A DNA stretch of 64,000 bases from Bryobacterales bacterium (GTDB lineage: Bacteria > Acidobacteriota > Terriglobia > Bryobacterales > Bryobacteraceae): assembly GCA_963771405.1 (NCBI GenBank), contig CAVYUL010000106.1, positions 22,725 to 86,724 of the forward strand. The letters run 5' to 3'. Both the position numbers and the translations under genes were made by a program. Shown here in pieces: positions 20,790 through 28,863 of the stretch. Every line of letters starts with the position of its first letter. The stretch's first letter is position 1. The notes beneath the pieces are model-generated. The model worked only from the letters and a program-made list of their open reading frames with translations, had not been told where the DNA came from and made no database searches.

Positions 20790-21587
20790 ATGGCGAATAC
20801 GCCCGATATGCAGCAACTTGCGCGTTCAGGAGGAGGAATCTTCGTGAAGATTCCCTTTAAGAGCATCCTTAAGTGGTCAACAGTTTGCGGCGGAATGGCG
20901 GTGGGAGGCTACGCCACTTATGCCGCTTTCGCGTTTGCTCGCTACGGCGCTGCCACCGGAGACAGGCGCAATCAGATGAGTGCGCTCAATTCGTTCATGC
21001 CCGAATTTGAGGTATCAGACCATCACTCGCTCGCCGTCCACGCGCCGGCCGCCGTCGCCTTTCAGTGCGCGTGCGAATGTGACATGATGCAATCCCCAAT
21101 CGTAAAGGCGCTCTTCAAAGCACGGGAACTTCTGCTGTTTGGCCGTCCCAGCAGGAATGTCGGGCCGCGGGGATTGAGAGCTTTGGTCGAATCCATCGGC
21201 TGGAGCGTGCTCTTTGAAGTGCCGGACCGTGAAGTCGTGATGGGTTCGGTAACTCAGCCTTGGCAGGCAGAACCAGTTTTCCAGAAGCTCTCGGCCAAAG
21301 ACTTCGTCGCCTTCCGCCAACCGGACTACCTCAAAATAGTCTGGAGTCTCCAGGCGGAAGAGCTGTCGCCGGAACATTCAGTCCTGCGCGTTGAGACGCG
21401 AGCATTGGCAACCGATCCGTCCGCTCGTCTGAAGTTTCGCCCCTATTGGGCCTTGGGCTCGCCCGGTATCAAATTAATCCGGGTCATGCTTCTTCGAGAA
21501 GCGATGGCCGCGGCGGAACGCTCAGCCCGAGCGCAAACCAAACAACTTTCTCAGCTGGAAGGGAGGCCGAGATTATGTCAACCGTAG
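20790..21587 (+). CDS. Hypothetical protein with one N-terminal TM helix
   Basis: 265-aa ORF with TM segment WSTVCGGMAVGGYATYAAFAFA. No family recognised with confidence; SRPBCC/DUF2867-like is only a guess. Its 3' end overlaps the next gene by 13 nt. Confidence 0.35.
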   Translation: MANTPDMQQLARSGGGIFVKIPFKSILKWSTVCGGMAVGGYATYAAFAFARYGAATGDRRNQMSALNSFMPEFEVSDHHSLAVHAPAAVAFQCACECDMMQSPIVKALFKARELLLFGRPSRNVGPRGLRALVESIGWSVLFEVPDREVVMGSVTQPWQAEPVFQKLSAKDFVAFRQPDYLKIVWSLQAEELSPEHSVLRVETRALATDPSARLKFRPYWALGSPGIKLIRVMLLREAMAAAERSARAQTKQLSQLEGRPRLCQP

Positions 21588-22183
21588 TCATTGTTTATGC
21601 CACACGCGAGGGCATGACCCAGAGCATTGCCGAATATCTTGCGAAAGAGCTTCGTCAGCTCGGGCACACTGTGGATCTTTTCGACGCGCACAAGTTGCGT
21701 GCCGATTTCTCGCTCGCTTCTTACTCCGCTGCCGTCATTGCAGGCTCGGTTCACCTGGCGAAGCACGAACGCGAACTCGCTCGGTTTGTGAAATGGCATC
21801 ACGGCATTCTGAACCAAATGCCAACAACTTTTGTTTCGGTCAGCCTTTCCCAGGCCGGCGCCGAAGACGAGCGCGCCACTCCGGAACAACGCTCCCACGC
21901 TGCCTCTGACGTCAAGATGATGATCGAACAATTTCTCGCTAAGGCGGAGTGGCGTCCAACGCTCATTCGGCCGGTAGCCGGTGCATTGATGTACCGCAAG
22001 TACAATCCTCTGAAACGTATGCTTATGAGAGCGATCGCTCGCAAAGCGGGTGCCACCGTCGATACCTCGAAAAACCATGTCTTCACGAAGTGGAACGATT
22101 TGGATCGCCTGACCGCCGAACTCGCAAACCAAATCACGACGCTACCCGGCTCGCCCCGGAAAGCCGAGACCGCGGCAGTATGA
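21575..22183 (+). CDS. Flavodoxin-domain protein (HemG-like)
   Basis: GGAAGGGAGG lies just upstream of ATG 21575. Flavodoxin-like N-terminus MSTVVIVYATREGMTQSIAEYLA. About 200 aa, as in HemG-type proteins. Confidence 0.65.
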   Translation: MSTVVIVYATREGMTQSIAEYLAKELRQLGHTVDLFDAHKLRADFSLASYSAAVIAGSVHLAKHERELARFVKWHHGILNQMPTTFVSVSLSQAGAEDERATPEQRSHAASDVKMMIEQFLAKAEWRPTLIRPVAGALMYRKYNPLKRMLMRAIARKAGATVDTSKNHVFTKWNDLDRLTAELANQITTLPGSPRKAETAAV

Positions 22184-22219
22184 AGAGTCCACGAAATTGT
22201 CGTGCGGCCACGCATCCAT

Positions 22220-22681
22220 TTACACCCTCCACGGCTCGCTGAATATACTCGATTCGACGAACATCGTCGTCCACCGCCACTCCGTTTCTGTGACGATGAC
22301 GGACACGCCCGCTTCCTGACTCGCGTAACGAATGGCGTGCTCCAGTGCCTCCAGATAAAACTCGAATCCGCTCTGAGTAAGTTCCGCGTCTTTGGGTGGA
22401 GGAAGGTTCGCATGCACTCTACCGATGCGCTGCCGCGTATAGGTTTGTACTCCGATGAAATCGTCCTCTATCGCGAGAGTGACACCCACGGGCAGTTTTG
22501 GATAGGCGGCCTTGATCGCGGCCTTGCCCTTCGTATGCGCCAGCAGCATGTTCTCTTGCACAGTATCTGGATTACCGCCAAGGAAGGCGCTGAATTTCTC
22601 GGATTTGAGTTGGTAAGCAGCAGTGGCAGCGCCCCACAGGAAGCCGGCAGGGAACGAAGAGCCCGAGCTGGTGGCGCTCAC
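22220..22681 (-). pseudogene. GH1 beta-glucosidase relic
   Basis: The 153-codon ORF keeps the GH1 N-terminal signature FPAGFLWGAATAAYQ. It then jumps to a late-domain stretch (...DDFIGVQTY...GFEFYLEALEHAIRY...VIVTE) and is cut off. GH1 enzymes are about 450 aa. Confidence 0.6.
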
Positions 22682-22842
22682 GCTACCGAGAACAGCCGCC
22701 GGGCCGGTCTCTTAAGAGAGAACGCCGGCTCATGAAGCAGCCTGCAAAACAACCATGGTGTTAGTCATAAAAGTCCTCACATTCGTTAGTATTGAAGATA
22801 TCCAACTGAACTTGGCCCTCTTCTACACCCAGGAACCACTTC

Positions 22843-23550
22843 ATGCTTACCCTCGTTCTCGGAGCGGTCTTTTTTTCCTCAGCGCCAGACTCCGCCACAA
22901 TCACGCAAGCCGAACTCGTCCATCGCACGCAGGCTCTGTATGATGCGGTTGCGCCGGGCAACAAGGCCCCGTGGCAGCAGTATCTCGCCGCCGACGCCAT
23001 CATCCATGACGAAAAGGGCGGCTCCTACACCAAGCCTACCTTCCTGGCCACCATCAATCCCTTACCGCCCGGCTACTCCGGCGTCATCAAGGTGACCCAT
23101 CCCCAAACCATCTTCGCGCCCGGCGTGGCCATTCTCAGCTACGACGCAGATGAAGTGGAAACCGTCTTCGGCAATCGCATGACCGCCCGCTACCACCAGA
23201 CCGATACCTGGCTCTACCGCGGCCATCTCTGGCAAATTGCCGCCAGCCAAGCCATGCGTTACTACGAAGATCCGGCCCGCGGCGCAATCAACCCGGCCTT
23301 CCTTTCAGACTATGTCGGCCTCTATGAACTCGCTCCCGGCAACCAGATGATTGTCACCACCCACGATGGCAAGCTATTCGCGAAGCGCGGCACCGGCACT
23401 CCAGTCGAGCTCATCCCCGAATCGCCCGACCTGTTTTTCCGCGCCGGAATCGAGGGCCGCCGTCTCTTCCACCGGAATACCAGCGGCAAGGTCGACTCCC
23501 TCATCGACCGCCGCAACAACGAGGACATGCTCTGGAGAAAGATACGCTAG
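22843..23550 (+). CDS. SnoaL-like/DUF4440 protein with DUF3471-like C-terminal domain
   Basis: 235-aa ORF with a signal-like N-terminus. The C-terminal pattern YVGLYELAPGNQMIVTTHDGKLFAKRGTGTPVELIPESPDLFF recalls DUF3471. Assigned by recall only. Confidence 0.5.
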   Translation: MLTLVLGAVFFSSAPDSATITQAELVHRTQALYDAVAPGNKAPWQQYLAADAIIHDEKGGSYTKPTFLATINPLPPGYSGVIKVTHPQTIFAPGVAILSYDADEVETVFGNRMTARYHQTDTWLYRGHLWQIAASQAMRYYEDPARGAINPAFLSDYVGLYELAPGNQMIVTTHDGKLFAKRGTGTPVELIPESPDLFFRAGIEGRRLFHRNTSGKVDSLIDRRNNEDMLWRKIR

Positions 23551-23731
23551 CTAAGCCACTCGCCCGCGCGCCAGACTAAATACCAGCCGAACAAAACTCC
23601 TGTCGTACGACGAGCAGTGGCTGGATTCGATCCTCGATCAGCACTGGCAATCCGCTACTGACCTTCCATTCGTATCCCTGGAATGGCTACTCAAATTTTA
23701 CGCGCAGAAGCCGAAAGTCGCCAAGAAAATA

Positions 23732-24382
23732 GTGGAAGTCTTATGGGAGCAGAACACTCAATTTCCGATTCGCTCCGAAGGGAAGAATCGGATACCATTT
23801 CGGGACATCGGCTGGTGGCCAGGGGACGCGAAACTGCTAGAACTGACCGACCGCTCCGAATATTCGGAAAAGATTCCTGAGCTAGAGCCACGATGGTGGA
23901 TACCGCATCGCATTCGTTTCCTTGAAGCGCATGGCCTAGACATACACGCCGAGGTTTGGGACTATATCGAAAAGCCTTGGGGAAACAGATCGGTCGTGCC
24001 TGCCCCTGGCGACGGACTAGTCCTGAACAGCGATTTGTACGACGAAAATTCTGACCCCGCATCTGTCGACCTTTTCCAAATCGCTTGTCTTTCTGCCAAA
24101 ACGAAGATTCCTTTTGAAGATCTGCTCGCGCGGATCGACCGATATTCGGTACTTGGCGTGGAAATCCCCCGCCGGAGCGGCCCCAATATCGCACTGTCAT
24201 CTTCCGACCTGCAACTTCTGTCTTGCGACATCAGCGGAAGTTACGCCTTCCGCTGGCAAACGGACCACGCCGCCTCCGTTGGTAAACGCTACAATCCGGA
24301 GTTTTCAGGTACCAGGCTAGTTCTGGTAAGCGCAACCCTAAACAAAACATTAGGGGCCATCTGGACTTGTCCCCTAAATTGA
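23732..24382 (+). CDS. Hypothetical Trp-rich protein whose last codons lie inside the IS3 left end
   Basis: The frame is open from 23555 with no ATG before GTG 23732. The stop TGA (24380-24382) lies inside the IS3 left inverted repeat, so the native C-terminus is probably lost. Confidence 0.35.
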   Translation: MEVLWEQNTQFPIRSEGKNRIPFRDIGWWPGDAKLLELTDRSEYSEKIPELEPRWWIPHRIRFLEAHGLDIHAEVWDYIEKPWGNRSVVPAPGDGLVLNSDLYDENSDPASVDLFQIACLSAKTKIPFEDLLARIDRYSVLGVEIPRRSGPNIALSSSDLQLLSCDISGSYAFRWQTDHAASVGKRYNPEFSGTRLVLVSATLNKTLGAIWTCPLN

Positions 24383-24398
24383 GACAAGCAGTTAAGAG
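24368..24398. repeat. IS3 left inverted repeat (IRL)
   Basis: TGTCCCCTAAATTGAGACAAGCAGTTAAGAG. Confidence 0.8.
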
Positions 24399-24427
24399 TC
24401 AAAATTCAGCGAATGGAGAATTGACTC

Positions 24428-24790
24428 ATGGGATTAGCTCGACGGAAGTTCACAAAAGAGTTCAAGCTGGCTGCGATTCAGCAGATGGAGGCGGGCTCAT
24501 CAACGGCGGAAGTGGCGCGGGCGTTTGAAGTCACCCCGAAGGTTTTGTACCGCTGGCGAGACGAGTTCCGGCACGGGCCGGGCAATGCCTTTCCGGGACG
24601 CGGGAAGCCGCGCTGGGACGAGACGCGCGTGGCACAACTGGAACGCAAGGTGGGGCAGCAGACGCTGGAGATTGATTTTTTGAAGGGGTGCTTGCAGCGC
24701 ATCGAGGAACAGCGGAAGCTGCAGGCATTGACTGGAAAGCCGCGATTTACCAGTACATTCAAACGCAAGTGGAGCAAGGGGGCCAGATGA
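24428..24790 (+). CDS. IS3-family transposase OrfA (HTH)
   Basis: MGLARRKFTKEFKLAAIQQMEAGSSTAEVARAFEVTPKVLYRWRDEF is the typical IS3 OrfA HTH. Followed by a leucine-zipper-like tail. Confidence 0.9.
   Translation: MGLARRKFTKEFKLAAIQQMEAGSSTAEVARAFEVTPKVLYRWRDEFRHGPGNAFPGRGKPRWDETRVAQLERKVGQQTLEIDFLKGCLQRIEEQRKLQALTGKPRFTSTFKRKWSKGAR
24676..24682 (+). promoter_or_regulatory. Candidate -1 programmed ribosomal frameshift heptamer T TTT TTG for OrfAB fusion
   Basis: In the orfA frame the codons are gaT TTT TTG. The -1 frame is open from here into orfB. An 8-bp stem lies downstream: CTTGCAGC (24691-24698) pairing with GCTGCAGG (24718-24725). Confidence 0.5.
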
Positions 24791-25629
24791 CTGCCTTGCG
24801 CATGTGTGAGTTAGGAACAGTGAGCCGGGCCGGCCTGTACCGGTTCGAGCCGAAGGACAAAGCGTCTGACGAAGATCTGGATCTGCGGGATGAGATCCAA
24901 CGAATCGCTCTCACCTTTCCGTTTTATGGCCGGCCCCGGATTACGGCGGAGCTGAAACGGCGCGGCTGGCCGGTCAATCATAAAAAGGTGGGCCGCCTCA
25001 TGCGCGAGGATAACTTGCTTTGCCTGCGGCGGCGGAAGTTCGTGGTGACCACCGATTCGAATCACAATCTGCGGATCTATCCCAATCTGGCGGGTGAGAT
25101 GGCTGTCACCGGCATCGATCAGCTCTGGCGCGCGGATATCACCTATATCCGGCTGGAGACGGAGTTCGTTTATCTGGCAGTGGTGTTGGACGCCTACTCA
25201 CGCAAAGTAGTGGGTTGGGCGTTGGATCGCCATCTGGAAGATGATCTGGCCATCGCTGCTCTGCAAATGGCGCTCCGGCACCGCAAACCAACGGCAGGGT
25301 TGACACATCATTCCGACCGCGGCGTGCAGTACGCCTCCCACGACTACATCGCTCTGCTGAAAGACCATGGCGCCCGCATCAGCATGAGCCGGCGTGGCAA
25401 TCCTTATGACAATGCAGCGTGCGAGTCCTTTATGAAGACTCTGAAATACGAAGAGGTTTATCGGCAGGAGTACCGTGACTTGGCCGAAGCCCGCGCTTCC
25501 ATCCAAACGTTCATCGAGAGAATCTATAACGGCAAGCGTCTCCACTCGGCGCTGGGTTACCGCCCGCCGATCGAGTTTGAACGTTCGCTGCTTACTCCTT
25601 CCACTGCCAAACCATTGGTGACCGCATGA
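24688..25629 (+). CDS. IS3-family transposase OrfB (DDE/rve integrase core)
   Basis: DDE context: WRADITYI, HHSDRGVQYAS, YDNAACESFMKTLKYEE. It lies in the -1 frame relative to orfA and overlaps it by about 100 nt. Confidence 0.9.
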   Translation: MLAAHRGTAEAAGIDWKAAIYQYIQTQVEQGGQMTALRMCELGTVSRAGLYRFEPKDKASDEDLDLRDEIQRIALTFPFYGRPRITAELKRRGWPVNHKKVGRLMREDNLLCLRRRKFVVTTDSNHNLRIYPNLAGEMAVTGIDQLWRADITYIRLETEFVYLAVVLDAYSRKVVGWALDRHLEDDLAIAALQMALRHRKPTAGLTHHSDRGVQYASHDYIALLKDHGARISMSRRGNPYDNAACESFMKTLKYEEVYRQEYRDLAEARASIQTFIERIYNGKRLHSALGYRPPIEFERSLLTPSTAKPLVTA

Positions 25630-25919
25630 AAAACGAGGGCGCCCTCAGTAAGCGTTTTTTCAGGCATACCGGAATCTATCGGTCCGATGTGTCATCACTT
25701 CTTTTAAACCTGGGCCAGAGTACCGCATTCCGGTCGGGTCCGGGCCAGGCTCTAGGACGCGCCGGAAGAACACGCCCTGCCCATCGTCGCGATGAGTTCC
25801 GGCCGGTTATTCCTCAACGGGTTGCTCGCCAGCAGTGCCCGTCTCCGCTTCACCGGCACCCTCAGCTTAAAACGATTGCAGCAGCGAACGGAATCCTTTA
25901 CCATCGAACGGTAACGTTC

Positions 25920-25950
25920 CTCTTAACTGTTTGTCTCAGCCATGGGGACA
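25920..25950. repeat. IS3 right inverted repeat (IRR)
   Basis: CTCTTAACTGTTTGTCTCAGCCATGGGGACA. Its reverse complement is TGTCCCCATGGCTGAGACAAACAGTTAAGAG. Confidence 0.8.
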
Positions 25951-26018
25951 AGCTCAATCAATAGCCAGCTTTCCCAACTCGAGGCGGTAGGGGTGCGACA
26001 TCCAGACGTCAACCCGAG

Positions 26019-26399
26019 TTGGCATCGGTCATTCCGACCTCGATTGAAGAGCAAGTAATATCCGCGATATATTTCGACGGCCGTACGATCGCCGCAGCCG
26101 TCAGAGTGGCGATCGGCACCCAGGTGTCCCCTGTCGAAATATGCCAAACATATGCAAAGTTCGCACCGCTTGTTCCGCCGCTGCCAAACTGGAACCTAGA
26201 TGCGCTCAAGAAACTCGTACCAGAAAAACTAGATGAATACCTCCTCTCCTATAACCTCAATCCCCATTTTCGCTCTGTCGTCACCGAGGTAACCACCGCC
26301 CACCTGTCCCTGGCGAAAGAGCACCTTGGCATATCAATCGAGGCCGCGTCACTGGCACTGCGCAAATATGAACAATTTGGCTTAAGGTTTTGCGGCTGA
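26019..26399 (+). CDS. Hypothetical protein (TTG start, no family recognised)
   Basis: 126-aa ORF directly right of the IS. No in-frame ATG near the start. The frame is open back to 25965. Confidence 0.25.
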   Translation: MASVIPTSIEEQVISAIYFDGRTIAAAVRVAIGTQVSPVEICQTYAKFAPLVPPLPNWNLDALKKLVPEKLDEYLLSYNLNPHFRSVVTEVTTAHLSLAKEHLGISIEAASLALRKYEQFGLRFCG

Positions 26400-26593
26400 T
26401 CTAGAAACAGGAGAGAATGCCGGGGCCGGGCGCAAAGGGGGCGACGGCGGCAGGAAGGGTAAAGAGGGAAAGAGAACACGTTAGCACCCTCGGGAACCGA
26501 CGAAAAAACGGCGAGCCTTGACCTGCATGATGCAGATCAAGTCGACCGCCTCAACGAAGTCCCTGTAGTCCACGTCTTCAGCTGGCGCGAGCG

Positions 26594-27181
26594 TTACGTC
26601 ATTTGCGTCGCGGCGCAGCTCGCTGATGTGGGCCTCCAGCTCGGAGTTCCAAAAGCGCCGCAGCCACCCCCGGTGTGAGAGCCTCGGCTAGCGGTCCAAC
26701 AAGCACCCCGGATAGCTTGTGTAGGCACCCTAGCTGTCCCACATTCACGCCTAAGATCGGTCGACCGCTCTGCGTTTCGAGAGACGCGCTCCATGTTCAA
26801 GCGCAGCAACCGCTCGGTAACCCGTCCCTCTGGCGTCAAGGGCTCAATCATAAAATTCCGTATCGCGAAGCGGCGCTGCCAGATTTCCCTCAGCGGATTG
26901 AATGACGGAACAATTGCAGTTGAGAGAGCTGAGGCCTTGCACCTTACGCAAGCATAAGCCAAATCTCGAACTCGGAGGGAGGAACCCCATGCTTAAGGCT
27001 AATGATAGATCGATTTGGTGCGGCCAATAAGCATGCTCTTCATACAGAAGGCAGTATTCGCAACGTCGTTTGGCCCGAGCGGCGGAGCGCTCTACACCGC
27101 GACCGCCTTTCTTGAAGGTAGCGTCAAGAGGGTGAACACGAAGGCCCGCAAATTGATACGACAGAGTTTCCCAGGGGCCAT
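26594..27181 (-). pseudogene. HNH endonuclease relic with several frameshifts
   Basis: On the minus strand, ...RRCEYCLLYEEHAYWPHQID is in one frame, (I)ISLKHG in a second, and ...YACVRC...FNPLREIWQRRFAIRNFMIEPLTPEGRVTERLLRLN in a third (ORF 26594-26962). Together these rebuild the C-x-x-C...H-x-I-D-H-I-x-x-x-K-H-G-G...C-x-x-C-N...GR-T-x-x-L-L-x-L-N pattern of a standalone HNH family. The ends are approximate. Confidence 0.6.
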
Positions 27182-27463
27182 CGCTATTAATTAAGGGATT
27201 AGCCCAAAAAATCGCGGCGAATTAGAAAGCGGGCCGAAGAAAAGAAGAAGGGAGATTCGTCGACTTCTGCGAATTTCTCGCAAGAACGAGGAATGAGCTT
27301 CGGAATTTGCCAAGAGGCTGAGCATTTTTCACAGAATTTTGCGCATTCTGAGTTATAGGAGCTTACTTAGGCATGAGTTTCAGACAAATCGCCATACGAC
27401 TAGCCGTTAAGGAAGCGCTTTTCACCACCATGCGGGGAGAGACTGACCTCTGGAGAAATCACG

Positions 27464-28381
27464 ATGGACCCGGTATTACTTTTTGCAATTGGATCGTTTG
27501 TATTTCGCCGCGTGTCCATTGAGGCGCGGAAGAAGGCCGCGGAGGAATACCAATCCGCCGCGAGGGAATATGAACAGGCCCGCCAGAGGGCCGTGCAGGA
27601 GCGGCAAAAATGTCTGGAACTGCTGCGGGACTTGGCGCAATTCCGGCAGGCGGCCATGGGTTCTCGGTGGGGCCGCTTGCACACGTTGCTGATTGCCTGT
27701 GGGGTAAATGGCGGGATATTCGCACCGCCGAGAAAAATTTTTGGAGAAACCACCGAGCAAGAAGTGCGAGCGATTCTTGCGGATAATACAGGAGCGATGC
27801 TAGTCAAGAATAGAGCTTCGTCGAGCGACGCTGTGCTGATGGTCAGCGGGGGTGCGCTCTTAATCCGTGGGATCAGCTTCATGGATGCCCACGGCTGGGG
27901 ACACTTGCCATTTCTTCACCGGCATGTTCACGACGTTGCGTCGGCGATGGATTTGGGCGGCGTTGGGGACGTACTTGGGCCGATTGGCGACCTGGAGATT
28001 GCGACCGCTTTGAGCGGTGGACTATCCATACTCGGATTGGGGATCTCCATTGCCAACTTCATGAAGGCCGACAACTTGGAAAAGGAGGGCGGTCGTCTAC
28101 ACAGTGAAGCAGAGGGTTTAGACGAGAAGCAACGCGAGCTAGAGGCGCTCGGGCACCGCATTGTGGATTTGTGTGAGGAACTGAAGGCCGCCGCTTACGA
28201 ACTTTTTAAGTGGACGGTGGTGGGCGAGGAAACCGCGCGGCTTCGAAAGGACGGCCGGGCACGTCGAGTGGCTAGCTTGCCGAAGTGGCTCTTAAAGGGT
28301 CTGCTTCACAAGGCAAGGGAACTCTGGAGGACCATTGAAAAATCTCCTTTCCCCGAAGCTGCGGCCGAGGGCAAAGCTTGA
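27464..28381 (+). CDS. Operon gene 1: hypothetical 305-aa protein, charged helices flanking a Gly-rich hydrophobic core
   Basis: GGAG lies 9 nt upstream of the ATG. Residues 17-65 and 203-295 are highly charged and heptad-like. Residues 70-200 contain LIACGVNGGIFA, AVLMVSGGALLIRGISF and LSGGLSILGLGISIANF. No family recognised. Confidence 0.6.
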   Translation: MDPVLLFAIGSFVFRRVSIEARKKAAEEYQSAAREYEQARQRAVQERQKCLELLRDLAQFRQAAMGSRWGRLHTLLIACGVNGGIFAPPRKIFGETTEQEVRAILADNTGAMLVKNRASSSDAVLMVSGGALLIRGISFMDAHGWGHLPFLHRHVHDVASAMDLGGVGDVLGPIGDLEIATALSGGLSILGLGISIANFMKADNLEKEGGRLHSEAEGLDEKQRELEALGHRIVDLCEELKAAAYELFKWTVVGEETARLRKDGRARRVASLPKWLLKGLLHKARELWRTIEKSPFPEAAAEGKA

Positions 28382-28389
28382 GGGCGCGA

Positions 28390-28572
28390 ATGTTTGCGTT
28401 TATCAGGATAAAGGCGGTTATCGCCGAGATCAATGAGATCGAAGAGGCCTATGCGGATCTTGTCGAGGAACGCGAGCAGATTCTGAGGAGCATCAGCGCA
28501 AATGAGAAAACCGTACGGCTGATGATATCGGCTGCACTAGTGGCCGAGTTGGAGGCGGGAACGGAAATCTAA
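28390..28572 (+). CDS. Operon gene 2: hypothetical 60-aa acidic helical protein
   Basis: ATG 28390 lies 8 nt after the gene 1 stop and is preceded by GAGGG. Its stop overlaps the gene 3 start (TAATG). The ORF track alternative is TTG 28378. Confidence 0.4.
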   Translation: MFAFIRIKAVIAEINEIEEAYADLVEEREQILRSISANEKTVRLMISAALVAELEAGTEI

Positions 28573-28829
28573 TGGAACTGAGATGGATCTTGGGGTGTGT
28601 CGTGGCATCCATTCTGGCTTGCTTTCTTTCCGCGGAAATCTTTCGCCTGGTCCTCAAAGGCACTACCAAATGGAAGCTCAAGAAATTGAGAAAGCTGGAC
28701 ACTGAGGTCGATCGGCTCGCTCAAGACGACGACCACTGGAGCACTTTGTTGAGTGAACTGAGTGTGTTGGACAACGAAGGATTGCGCGACTGGCTTAACA
28801 AAATGCGCTCGGCGGGCTCGCCTGAGTGA
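28572..28829 (+). CDS. Operon gene 3: hypothetical 85-aa single-pass membrane protein
   Basis: N-terminal TM helix WILGCVVASILACFLSAEIF followed by a charged helical tail. The start is coupled to the gene 2 stop. Confidence 0.5.
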   Translation: MELRWILGCVVASILACFLSAEIFRLVLKGTTKWKLKKLRKLDTEVDRLAQDDDHWSTLLSELSVLDNEGLRDWLNKMRSAGSPE

Positions 28830-28863
28830 GCGGAGACTTAACCTTCAGGAGAAGGAGAAGAAC

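Larger units (their letters stand above)
24368..25950 (+). mobile_element. IS3-family insertion sequence (about 1.58 kb), apparently complete
   Basis: Terminal inverted repeats TGTCCCC...CAGTTAAGAG (25 of 31 positions match), TG...CA ends, and orfA plus orfB in the -1 frame with a slippery T-run. Confidence 0.85.

Noticed and set aside
24363-25955. Target-site duplication flanking the IS3 element
   Set aside because: The flanks are ACT and AGC, or GGA and CTC if the inverted repeats are extended by 2 nt. Neither pair matches, so no duplication is claimed.
25626-25964. 112-aa ORF in the 3' tail of the IS3 element
   Set aside because: It has no RBS, an Arg/Pro-rich composition and no motif, and it runs through the IRR. 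I treated it as non-coding tail; the tail itself is reported as an oddity.
28762-28863. Upstream start (28762) for operon gene 4 given by the ORF track
   Set aside because: It would overlap gene 3 by 68 nt and add a Cys/Arg-rich extension. ATG 28864 has a strong AGGAGAAGGAG Shine-Dalgarno and yields a clean N-terminal TM helix.
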